A DNA stretch of 46,368 bases from Catajapyx aquilonaris (Eukaryota). Shown here one piece after another: positions 35,629 to 46,368 of this stretch. The position numbers and the translations under genes are program-made. The stretch covers positions 62,001 through 108,368 of the forward strand of contig KZ538177.1 of NCBI GenBank assembly GCA_000934665.2, read 5' to 3'. Under the pieces are notes generated by a model. That model did not search any database. It was not told the DNA's origin and saw only the letters and a list, made by a program, of their open reading frames with translations. Position 1 is the first letter of the stretch, and every line of letters starts with the position of its first letter.

Positions 35629-36807
35629 TGTACTGTGACAGTAAGAATTTCCGTACGTCAGTGGACAATTACCTGAAAACGTCTACTGTGGGTGCTGCTG
35701 AGCCTACTCTTATTACGACAGCTGTTTACATAGCAAAGAATAGTGTCAATCGGAAGGCGTACCGCCTACGTGCGCTAGTTTTAAAACGCGTCATTAAAAA
35801 CTCGAGGATAAAGGGTGGCCTTCTCATTCTGGACTGCCGCATGACCGCAACGGGGATTGCAAAAGACTCTGGTCTGATTCTAACTTTGTGCGAGACACGT
35901 ACGTGCAATTCTGAGTATTGCCCTAAGAAGATTGAGATCAGGGAGGTAACAGTCATTAGCGCCAACATCACCTCCATCACGGACTTGCAGTCCTAACTGA
36001 GTGAGAGTGACGCTCATGACTTGTCGCGCTGCCTTGTTGGCTTGGATTCCGTTAGTGCAATGCCGAAGGACGCATTTATAATGGATCCGACACTCTCAAA
36101 ACAGAATCCTCTGTGTGCTGGCTGGAAATCTCGCAAGGTGCAGGTTGGAGCACACCTACTAATAGAACTTCAGAAGGGGAGACGGAGTGGCGCCGCGGTA
36201 ACGCGCGCGCCCACGGAAGTTAAGGTCCCGGGTTCAATCCCCACCCGTGGTTCCCACCTTCTTTCGCGCAGAGTTGGGCCATCTCTGGCTTCGTTTCGGG
36301 TGGCAATTTCCGATAGAATAAGCCACCCGGGGGAGTTCACAAAATGACGATTAGAGACATTGCACTTGCACTTTGCACATCCCCTCCCACCCACCCTTGG
36401 AGTACACTAATTAAGATCTTCTTAAACTCGCTCCAAAAAATCAAATTCCAATGGTGGTAACCCACCCCCCCCTAAGGAGTAGCATAACTCCCCCCGTGGG
36501 GTAATGAAAAAAAAAAATAGAACTTCAGAACGGAAACAGCGTGTCCGACAGCGATTCACAACTTCCCATCAAGTGCCCTTTGGGGACTTTTCCACTCCAC
36601 TTGACCTTCTTGGAACAGCAGTTCAAGCTTCGTGGAGTTGTGGTGTTTATTTCCCCTGCATACGATGGGTCGCTGGGGCATTACGTGTCTTACGCACGGC
36701 GAGTTGATCGCAAGTGGGAGCTCTACAACGATCTGGTCGGGTCTGTCAACCTGGGGCCTAACTTAACCCTCGAGCAACATGTGTCGCTCCTTTTGTATAC
36801 GGAATGA
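35629..36807 (+). pseudogene. NOF-FB-like (Mutator-related) protein C-terminal USP/C19-fold fragment, interrupted by a SINE
   Basis: One frame after removing the SINE (one internal stop at 35994-35996): YCDSKNF..YRLRALVL..LDC..CETRTCNSEYC..HLLIELQ|NGNS..FKLRGVVVF..GHYVSYARR..WELYNDL..LLLY. The USP His box is present; the Cys box is absent. Confidence 0.7.
36176..36515 (+). mobile_element. tRNA-derived SINE (340 bp)
   Basis: A box tggcgccgcgg, B box ggttcaatcc, poly-A tail, and 15-bp TSD aatagaacttcagaa at 36161-36175 and 36516-36530. Confidence 0.9.
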
Positions 36808-36879
36808 AACATTCATGTTTCATTCCGTGTACAAAAGGAGCGACACGTGTTCCTCTGCCCTTCTGTAGCCGGAAGGGGT

Positions 36880-37650
36880 GGGGCCATCTTCACTGACATA
36901 TGTCAAAGGAGCAGCAAACGTGGTCGCTGATGCGCTGTCAAGGTCACAAGATGATGGACCGATGGGTAAAGACGGATGTACTGTGTGCGAGTACAGTCCT
37001 GTCCAGCCCCCGTCGAGCATCTCCCCGAAAGTCCTGGACGTTCTGGGGAATGACCGAGGACGAAATGCACTGCCGATCGTGGGCGACGTTCGAAGGCCTG
37101 TTAACACCACGAGAAGTGACCAAGCGAAGTCAGTCAGTAGCCAGCCCTCAAAGCAAGCCCGCTCTCGAGTTCTGCTCGAGAGACGAACCGGAGCTATGCT
37201 GAGGTGGTGGCAGAGCATGCAGAATCCGTTCTTGGCAAAGAATGTAAGAGTCTGGATGCTAAGCTGGTGGTAGGGGAGCGCTCGACTTTGGAAGTGGAGC
37301 GTATTGTCCAAGCCCAGGTGGGAGACCCGAAAACCCAGGCTATTCGCGAGCACATGGAAAAAACGGCTTCCGGGTACGCGAATCTGCCGAGGTCAGGGGT
37401 CAAGGACATAGACTCTTATACCCGTAACATACAGAAGGCACGGGCTAGGCATATGAAGCGCTTTAACAAAGGCAGGCGTCATGTGCAGTTCGCCGTGGGC
37501 ACACTGGTTCTTCGAAAGAATCGCAAGCTGTCGGATGCTGGAAAAGGGGTGGTACAATCCCTATTGGGAAAGTACGAGGGGCCTTATAAGGTCGCCGAAA
37601 GAGTGTCGCCCGTGACTTATCGCCTATCATCTATGGGTGGTCGGGTGGAG
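36880..37650 (+). pseudogene. Second Ty3/Gypsy pol fragment (RNase H end joined by deletion to integrase C-terminus)
   Basis: YVKGAANVVADALSR; IVQAQVGDP; KRFNKGRRHVQFAVGTLVLRKN..LLGKYEGPYKVAERVSPVTYRL. Confidence 0.9.
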
Positions 37651-37974
37651 TTGCTTTGGCTTCTTCCAAATAAACCAAACCAAACCAAACCTGACACACG
37701 TTGTGGATCTAAAAAGATAGCTACATAGCAAGAGGAGCTTAATTAGCTAAAAAAACCAGTATCAACATCTTCTCGTTTAAAAAGCGAGCGCGGGTGGAGC
37801 ACGTTTTTTTTCGGAAGACCGGGATGGGCCACCACTGTGTGCGTTTGCGCACTCCTCCTGGTGTTGGCGTGGCCTTACCCCTCTTGTGCTTCCTGCCCCC
37901 TCCCCACGTTTTCGCCATTTTGCCTGGCGGTGTGACTTGGCGTGGACGAACATTTTTTTGTTGTGCTGGTGACC

Positions 37975-38575
37975 ATGGGACCGAAGTCTGCAGCCGGTGG
38001 TGGTCGCGGAGGAAGTGGCCCCCCTGCCCGAGGTGGCCATGCTCGCTTCGCTGGTCCGGGCGGTAGGAGCCGCTCTCGTTTCCGGCGTGGGAAGAGTGCC
38101 CTTGCTGCAGGGCATGCCTCGGGTGCAGTGGCTGCTCCCGCTGGACGTTCGGTGGGAACGCAAGCCCCCCCCCCCCCNCCCCCCCCCCCCCCCGCCTCAG
38201 TACGCCCAAGAGGTCGACAGAGGGTCAGTTGGGGCGCTACACCACGTCGAGCACGGCTGGCAGCCGTGGCCACAGCGCTTTACCATGGGGCCGCCACGTC
38301 TCCTGGCCCGGAGCGCGAAACCGAAGATTGGGTCCAACCGCCCCCTGGCTCCACTCCCTGCCGACTGGACCCGTCCGCCCGGCCATGCGGAGGAAGGTGC
38401 CAAGAACCCGGAAGCGCCTTCTTCGGGTGGTGAAGCAGCAAACGCCCCGAAGGAAGAGGACGGCGCTCGGATGAAAAAGCTGGAAGCCCAGCTGGTGGCA
38501 CTGGAGGCGGAAGATAAGCGCCTCCGCAAGGACGAGGACCGGATGATAGAGGACCTCATCGCCGAGGCTGAGTGA
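37975..38575 (+). CDS. Orphan ~200-aa protein, paralogue of 30406-31152 (frame change inside an N-containing poly-C run)
   Basis: MGPKSAAGGGRGG..SVGTQAPPP / QYAQEVDRGSVGALHHVEHGWQPWP..IGSNRPL..EEGAKNP..coiled coil. Confidence 0.65.
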
Positions 38576-38796
38576 GCCATGTAGGTTCGTTGTCGACGAA
38601 CAGTTTTGTTGGTAGCGGGGTCCCCCCCCCCTTTGGGGCCTCTCTACCCTTTGTTTTACAAGTTTTTAACCCCCCTTGTTATGGTGCTAGTTGTGCACTA
38701 AGGATCAAGTGAAGTGACCTGGAAAGGTCTTTATCTAAGACTAGATGAGAAGCTCATTCAAGGGCCACAAGTGCAATACTTGGCAGTTATGATAAA

Positions 38797-38925
38797 GCCA
38801 CAAACATTTTGAATAAAATGGAGGAACTTGAATTAATGGTATTGTTACATTTGTGGAGTTATTTGCTGAATGAATTTCACAAGGCTAGTCAATCATTTCA
38901 AGCAAAGTCACTGATGATATCATCA
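38797..38925 (+). pseudogene. hAT transposase fragment
   Basis: ATNILNKMEELELMVLLHLWSYLLNEFHKASQSFQAK resembles the conserved hAT helix pair. Confidence 0.65.
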
Positions 38926-39003
38926 AATGATAAACTAAAAGAAAGTATTCTAACAATTATAATACTTTCCTTAATATACGTTATTAGGTATTTACAGGAA
39001 CAG

Positions 39004-39327
39004 ATGGGAGGCATAATATGAAAGGTTTTCGGAACAGAACCCACCATCCCCATCAGAGTGAAGTATAGGAAACATGCGACAGAAGCCCTTTTCCTATGCC
39101 CAGCCGGCCACCCTGGATTAAGCAAGGAGGAGTTAGCTCACATCCTGGTAGCAGCCATAACAACGATATATGGGGAAGGCGCATACAAGTACCATAGGGC
39201 CGAGGAATCCGTGAGGCGGCTTATACGCGAAGGCTGGGTGAACTCAGAAGTAGTAAACAACGTCCCCCGCTACAGCCTGTCCTCCCGTGGTAGGAGAAAA
39301 TGTGACAAAGGCTCAACTTACAGTTAG
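39004..39327 (+). pseudogene. Small winged-helix-like protein (H1 globular/PadR-like pattern), one early stop
   Basis: KYRKHATEAL..GLSKEELAHIL..IYG..EESVRRLIREGWV..PRYSLSSRGR. Confidence 0.4.
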
Positions 39328-41049
39328 AGCCGCTGCATTCTAGAGGTAGGTAAATATGCGGATTGATATATCGAAAAATATTGCAATAGTCTTATTAATG
39401 AGAAAAAACTGGTAGAAGTGGACGAGGCTCATTTTTTGAAGCCTGCATGAATGTATAATAATATATATTAATGAGTGTAATGGAGAATCCAAATGTAACT
39501 AGTGACACGGGATTTTTTTTTATATACCGTAGTACCGTAGTCTATACCCCCGCCAGACGCACCCCGTGATGATATACTGTTTTTAACGGTCCTGACCCCC
39601 CCCCCCCCCCCCNCCCCCACTACAGGAAAAGACAGGAAAATTGTTGGCCTGTAGATGGATGACTGTAGTGTGTCTGATGTGCCGCCTTGAACATACGTGC
39701 ATGTAATAAGTTTTCCACAGTAACATTATGCCTATAATATTCTTATCGCAACTATTCACTGAGTTATTTTGCCTTTAATTTGTAGATTCCAATCTGGATG
39801 GGCATGCTGGTGGTGGTGGTAGTGGTGATGATGTTGGATTGTTGGTCTGGCGTCGTGGCTCGTCATTCAACCTGAAGATTGTGGATAGGGGATAGCCCTC
39901 TTACCTTAGGGCGCTGGGTCTGGACATGTGGTGGAACGGTGGAACTGCTTGCGATCTGGTGGGGCCTGAAAAGGAAGCATCTGAAAAGGGCAATTGGGTT
40001 CTTGGGGAACAGGTTTGGAATGAATAAAGAAAATATTTTTGACTTAATTGATTCTGCCAATATATTGTCCTTTTAAATGCCTGTGCCGTACCTTGTCGCT
40101 GACATGCACTGCAGCTTCCCTTGCAGTAAATAATAAAATAATTAAAGATCCATTCCCCAACCTCTTCACGGAGCACAGCTTGGGAACCAAATGGTCTACC
40201 GCCTCTACCTTTATTGTCACTCGTTGGTCACTGGACATTTCTCCCCTCTACCTTACCACTCGCCTTGGGCCAAGGAATGCCCTGGCATACCGTCGTTTGA
40301 GTGCAGGCTGTATAGTAAAAAAACAGCGCCCATGGAGACTCCGCAGTTTGTCCGCCCTTCTACCCCATAACCCCTCCCCCCCTACCACATTTCTCCTCAC
40401 TACGTTATCGACCCTTCGATAAATTTGTGATGCTATAAAATAATGGTCTGTACAATTCCAGCATTATTATATAGTTTGTGCTATGGAATGATAAGTGCCA
40501 CGGTAAGTCCACCCAAAAAAATAATGGCGACCTGATCAATGCATCCCGCCACCTTCGACCACCATGACAGGTCGGCAGATATATGGGATCCAGTGCCCAG
40601 GTTTCTGCAAGACACGTTGCACATTCTCAACACCAACTCAAAAATTAATTTCCCGATGGTGTAACCAACACACACTGTCCCAAGCATGCATAGTCTGATA
40701 CAATAATGGGGAGGGTTTCACGATGTTTTACAGTTTTATATAGATGTATAATTTCATGCATTCCATAGCTCATGAAGACGGTCACGAAAGTGGATCCATT
40801 TTACATTTAATTCCCCCTTGCCCTCTGTTGACCATTATGGAAGGTTTCCAGATTAGTTGTTGACATTTATTTTTTATGTCGAATATGACTTTAGAAGTAA
40901 CTGCAAGGATGTTGAAAGACACTAAACGAAAGCAAAAATACAACTTTTCATAAATTTGTATCATCAAGAATCTATAGGTCTATCTACCAGGTTTTTATAT
41001 TATTTTATGACAGAACCGGTCTTTCCTGTATGAAATATAAAAGAATATT

Positions 41050-42011
41050 GCATATTAAAAATGGCGTTTTCCATATATTAATTTTTGAAATGTGCATGTT
41101 GTTGCATAGAAACAAAAATCGCCCCTGTGAAAAAAATTCGTATCTCACTGAATACAAATATATACCGAATTTTGATATAATTTTATAATCGAACTCATGC
41201 TACTTTGTTATACAAAAAATAACCATTAAATTTTCAAAATGGCTTCTCCGAGAAAATATTTATTTTAAGTGTGCATATTGTAGCACAATTACGAAAGTTG
41301 TGACTTTACAAAAATTTGTATCACACGTATAAAAAATATATACCGGGTTTTGACACCAGTTAATTTTATAACATGTCCGTCCTTGTAAAATAAAAAATAA
41401 AAATAAAATATTAAAAATGGCTTTTTTGAGAAAATAATTTTCGAAATATGCATGTTTTCGCTTGTTGCCATATTTTCACCTCGCATATCTCAACTACACG
41501 CGGAGCGAACGAAGGTTTTATTTCATAGCCTGGAGGGGGTCACCGAGTATATCACAAAATATAATCGGCACAACCGTCACGTTTACCATAACGGCGCAAT
41601 AAATTGCGAAATATGAGAATTTTGACCAAAATATGCAAGATTGGTGATTTTTTTTGCAGGTGACTGTACCATTAAATAGAGCAAAATTATTAGATTAAAT
41701 GACAGCGTGTTATTCCAAAAGCATGAGTTTAAAATTGCATGTTGGTTCTCTGAACAGTTCCCGAGATATCCTCATTGAAAGCAATGGAAAAAGCGGGAAA
41801 AAGTGCGTCTTCGCGTGATTGTGATTTTGGTACCCCTTCAAAGAAATATTAATATCTCGATAATTAACTAGATTTAATCTGGTAAAACTGATTGCTCCAT
41901 AAGCGTTCAATTGGATGTGGGTTTCACATATATTTTTTTTCAAAAAAATAGACGACTATGACCTGACACCTTTTTTCACCCACTGGCTGATCTGAAATGG
42001 AACCACCCTTC
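41050..42011. mobile_element. AT-rich DNA-transposon remnant with ~180-bp degenerate tandem units
   Basis: aaaatggc.ttt..gaaa..gtgcat.ttg recurs near 41058, 41236 and 41414; possible terminus ggaaccaccct. Confidence 0.35.
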
Positions 42012-42820
42012 TTGCCTTTGCACTGTTTGTATACACAGTATACAATGAATCATAATAAAATTATACAGTTGAATGGGTATTGGGTAGATGCATTAATATA
42101 ATTAGTTCTGTTAAATTATGTTTTGATGTACAGGGGTGTACAGTATTGGTATTAATATGAATGTAACATGTTACTAGAAATACCGTCTTTTACACACACT
42201 CACTACAAGTGTAACTAACAGGAGTAACAGCTAACAGGGTACATTGGTCTGCTGTCCCAATGAACAGTGCGGACTGCTATGGCGATATGGATATGATATA
42301 AAAATGCATTGTATTAACTGCAATTGCATGGTATAGGCTATAAAATTTAATTTCATATTAATAAGGTTAATTATTAGTAGTTTGCATCATACATTTACAC
42401 CTATTATTACTACTTCATGTTATTATAGATTATATATAGCAGGTGTCTAGAGATTAGATTATTAGTCTTTATAAATTGTGTTTCTAAAGGAACTTTTTGT
42501 TTTTGCCAAATGACAATGTGTTTGCATTTATTAACTTTGTTATGAATTAAAAAAATCATGTATTTAACTCTTACAAGTTAGTATACTTCTTAATTGTATA
42601 TCAGTTCAACAATGTCTTTGATAAATTACACCTTTTGTTATGTGCAAATGGCTCTAGATACCTATTAGGTCCAGAAATTACCATATAGCATGTATTCAAC
42701 ACAAAAAAAAAAACAGCGACAATTTTTTGTTGAAAAATGACAGCTGGACATATAAAGGGCGAAGGGCCCCATTACCTTCAGTAGCTTAGGGCCTCGTCAA
42801 ACCTAAGTCTGGCCCTGGGT

Positions 42821-43220
42821 ACGACCTCCGACGCGTGCGTCTGAGGGACCGGGAGAACCCCATGGAGGTGTACGACGACCAGTCCTTCCGGCAACGTTAC
42901 CGCCTGCGGAAAGACTGCGTGTTGGACCTCCTCCACATGATCGCAGGCGACGTCGTTCGTCCGCTGAAGCGCGGAGCAGGCATGCAGCCGCTGCTCCAGG
43001 TTCTGATTACCTTGAGGCTGTTTGCAACTAGCAGTTTCCAGCTCACCATTGGAGACCTGGGCAACGTGCGTGTCCCAGTCCACAGTCTGCAGGATCATTA
43101 GAAGAGTGGCGCTGGCTATTGGGGGCCTGAGGGAGAGGATCATCAAATATCCGGATCGCAACAAAGCCCAAGACATCAGGGGTCAATTCTCGCAGATTGC
43201 TGGATACCCAGGCGTGACAG
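42821..43220 (+). pseudogene. PIF/Harbinger (HARBI1-like) transposase N-terminal fragment
   Basis: RDRENPMEVYDDQSFRQRYRL..QVLITLRLFATSSFQ..(frameshift)VSQSTVCRIIRRV..FSQIAGYPGVTG. Confidence 0.9.
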
Positions 43221-43629
43221 GTAGTGCCTGCGCAGCAGAATTCTAGAGGCTAGACCGGCTAGACGTGTCTTTCTCTCACTCCCTGTTCCAAACCCATAAC
43301 GCAAGAGGAATTCAACTCACTCTCTCCATCAAACTTGCTTTCTCATTTGTCGTTTAAGATGGATTAGCTTGAGCTATTCCAAGACTACAGAAAAAGCGAG
43401 CGAAAGTGAGCAGTTACCATCATTACCTGTTCCGCCTCTCTTCGCGATAGATTGGACCAGTCATAACAATAATGTAGTGGTAACGTCTAAACATCTGATG
43501 CAGTCTTAGGTTACAATCCTTAATAATAATAATAATAAGCAGGGGAGAGTGGCGAAACATGGGACAGGTACTGGAAGCAGTGGTTGTTTTCGCAACGTTG
43601 TGATATTCAGAACTCTTTCCACCAGAATA

Positions 43630-45310
43630 CCGTATCTTTCAGTACCTTGGGCAACAATATGGGTCATCAGCAGACCACCGATTCTACTGACACTGTACAA
43701 AGGACTGACAAAGGACGACAATGACTCTCCTCTGCAAGTAGTTAAATGTGAAGCAGTGTTGGCCTCTAGAGGGATGACTTCTATTTATGTAATGAACAGT
43801 GCAAAGGCATACTTCCAGTTCAATAAATATCTAATACTTGCTATACCCAAGCTTAGCTTTCAGTAGATGGCATAGAATCATAGATCATTCGGAAAGAGGA
43901 TAAATCAATGGACAGAAGCGTGCACATCCAAAACACACAGGACAAATTGCACAGGACGCAGAGAAAAACATGAGCTCAAAATATAATGAGCTGTGTTGAC
44001 ATAATTTCACAACATTTATAAATGACATATCAGGCCAGTAGGCTGACCACATCTCACGTTGGTATTTGGCATAAGTTCTGGAAAACAGTAGCCATCAATC
44101 GAATCACTGGAGTGAAGACTATGGCACGAACGGACGTTTCCCTTGTATCCGTCAGCATAATAGGCGAACCCAATGGACAAAAATGCATATCTCAAAGATA
44201 AACGTTGCTTTATGGTCCATATAATTATGTCATGGCGTCAGTAAGACAGGCTGTATTATCATCTGTCATGGTCCTGGTTGACATGATATGCTTGTAAAAA
44301 CCCCGAAAAGTCCGCCTCTTCTTGCTCAGCAACCAAAAGATCATGAAGACCAGACTACGACAATATAGTTATACACCATGAATGTATCATTACGAAGTCC
44401 TTCAAGTGTCTAATTGAGAAAAATGATCCGGACATCTCTTTGTTGGATGATGTGGGTTCGTCCAGCAATCAAATATTGACATGACATTAAATCACGACTA
44501 TCTACGTATGTCTACTAGCAAAATAATGATAGTGTGTCCTGGGCGAGATGATTTAATTTGTACCATATCATTCATTGCACATTAGGGGTGGCCCCAGTGG
44601 ATGGGGCAGTGAAATCGGAATTCAGAGCCAGTCTCGCAGCCCCGACGCTTATTGACATGTACGATGCAATTATGTGGAGGCGAAGATGGTGAAGGAGGAG
44701 AAACGGATCCGCCGCCTCAAGTTACACCGGATGTTCCTCCCGAAGTCACGGTCGAATCTCTGACTTCCGAGCCTGATGTGCATAGAAACATGGCCGAGGA
44801 GTTAGGAGTTACTTAGTGAAATGAGGCAGGCGCACGTAAGACCTGTGGTACAGCTTAAATCAATTGGGGAAGGTCTTACGTGCGCCTGAATGTTTCAGTA
44901 CTTTTATTCCGCCACGGAGGTCTTACTACCCTTTTTTTTTCACTGAATATGAACAACTTCGATCCAGCGTCAGTTGCAGGCTAGATTCTGACCTGACAAC
45001 ACGCATTAGTACTGACGGGCAAAAAGGGTCACAGGAAACGGCCACACACACTGACGATCTATTCCGTGCATGGCCGTGCGTAGAAGAGGAAGAGGTCGAA
45101 GAGAGATACTAAAAATAATGTTATATCTTTCAGTACCATGGGCAACAATCATCACATCACAGAATCTACCGACAATAAAAGACTGACAAATGACGACAAT
45201 GGCTCTTCCCTAAACCTTTCACTTACAGGTGCAATTGTGAATAGTTATTCCTTTTTGTCCCCAGTACTCTGCAAAGCCAGATTAAGAGTAATGAATACAT
45301 CGTGGACAAA
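43630..45310 (+). repeat. Diverged paralogous pair (~43630-43830 and ~45124-45300) in a decayed coding-like block
   Basis: tatctttcagtacc.tgggcaacaat and gactgacaaa.gacgacaatg.ctct shared; LTKDDNDSPL vs LTNDDNGSSL. Confidence 0.65.
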
Positions 45311-46269
45311 ACTAAGAGAGTCCAACGAGAGATAATTAATGACCTGCTGCGACTGTTCAACAATCTGAATAGGGAAAAGATAACCCTAAAGATGGACAAT
45401 GACTCCGAAAGTATGTCTGGTAGCCTTTGAACGAAAGGCAGATAAAAATTGGTAGGCAAAGTGTACTGATAAGAACGGGCTGCATATATTGAGTATAGGC
45501 CTATTCATGATTCCTGAATTGAGAGTAGGAGGAAATAATCAAGGCCACGGGCTACGGGATCAATCATCAAGGTTCGAGAGGCACCCGGAGTGTTCTTGCA
45601 ACTAACAGGAAGAATGAAAAAGCGCTCCACAGATCAAATTAGACCAATCGAAAATGCGCCATGACAGTGACCAAATTGAGCATTTTGATCCACTGTTGGA
45701 TCTCATCCTAGCAACCTCTTATACCTCTTACAACTGATTGCACATTGTTGTGACAGCCTCAGCCGCAACCAATAGACGTTAGCAAGACCTTCGACAGAAA
45801 AGGGTCCCCATGACTTTCATTTGCAAATGTTTAAAACATATTTATATTTGAGGGACATCATAATACAACGTGGGAGCAGAGAGAACACAATGGAACTCCG
45901 CAACACGACGAAGTGTGGATACTGGCTATAAAATATTCAAAGTTGAAAACATCTGATAGCAACAACACACCAAAAGATGGCTATATTACGTGGCAAATTA
46001 TGCTGTTCTGTAACTGTATTGTAATGAACCACTGCCGACAGCAATAGCCCCTATTTCATCCCTTTATTTTCTGTAACATCCTAATCTCTACAAGACTGGC
46101 GACAGAAGGTGACCGAATGATAAGACTGCTTCCAAAAATTCTGGTGACCTTCTGATTCTATAAAAGGGCATGCAGGAGACACGACCAAGTATCAGAACCA
46201 CGACAGCAATCAATTTTCAAATCTAGAGTACAACAATGTCACCAAATGCTCCAACAACCTTCTCCAGAA

Positions 46270-46296
46270 TATAATAATAATAATAATAATAATAAT
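46270..46296. repeat. (ATA)n microsatellite
   Basis: Direct reading. Confidence 0.9.
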
Positions 46297-46368
46297 TGGG
46301 TAGTGCGGACCTCATTCGAGGTATTGCACGGACCTTTATTTATTTTGCAATTTTTACATACAGTTTTT

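Noticed and set aside
36176..36255. tRNA gene
   Set aside because: It has A and B boxes but is followed by a unique body, poly-A and a 15-bp TSD, so it is a SINE head.
38165..38193. Programmed frameshift at the poly-C run in the orphan ORF
   Set aside because: The run contains an N, like other homopolymers in the window (22806, 27365, 39613), so its length is unreliable.
39400..39440. KKLVEVDEAHF as a DEAH helicase or Merlin/ISXO2 transposase motif
   Set aside because: Isolated 11-residue match with no supporting flanking motifs.
44053..44100. Walker A-like LVFGISSGK(T)
   Set aside because: The spacing is one residue short, it needs a frameshift, and no Walker B was verified.
1..46368. Most 60-130 aa ORF-track entries as independent genes
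   Set aside because: They are antisense or alternative-frame shadows of TE ORFs, repeat-derived, or of chance length with non-ATG starts.

Overview
Eukaryotic, probably arthropod, repeat-rich DNA with no intact host gene, rRNA, true tRNA or CRISPR array that I can support. (i) About 1-19.3 kb is a decayed, gene-dense block of mostly minus-strand broken reading frames with many diverged internal paralogous pairs. It is virus-like, but I could not identify the family. (ii) About 19.3-43.2 kb is a nested pile of transposon fragments. It includes a spliced Mutator (MULE) transposase pseudogene fused to a C-terminal RING finger, a NOF-FB-like USP-fold fragment split by a tRNA-SINE, two Ty3/Gypsy pol fragments, Bel/Pao gag, LINE and R1/LOA-type pieces, Harbinger and hAT fragments, and Kolobok-, P-, Sola1- and hAT-type MITEs. 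It also holds a 32-bp P-type excision footprint and two diverged copies of an unrecognised ORF family showing synonymous-codon divergence, each downstream of a Gypsy integrase fragment. (iii) About 43.6-46.3 kb is another decayed coding-like block with an internal paralogous pair. All family assignments come from motif recognition by eye; no searches were run.
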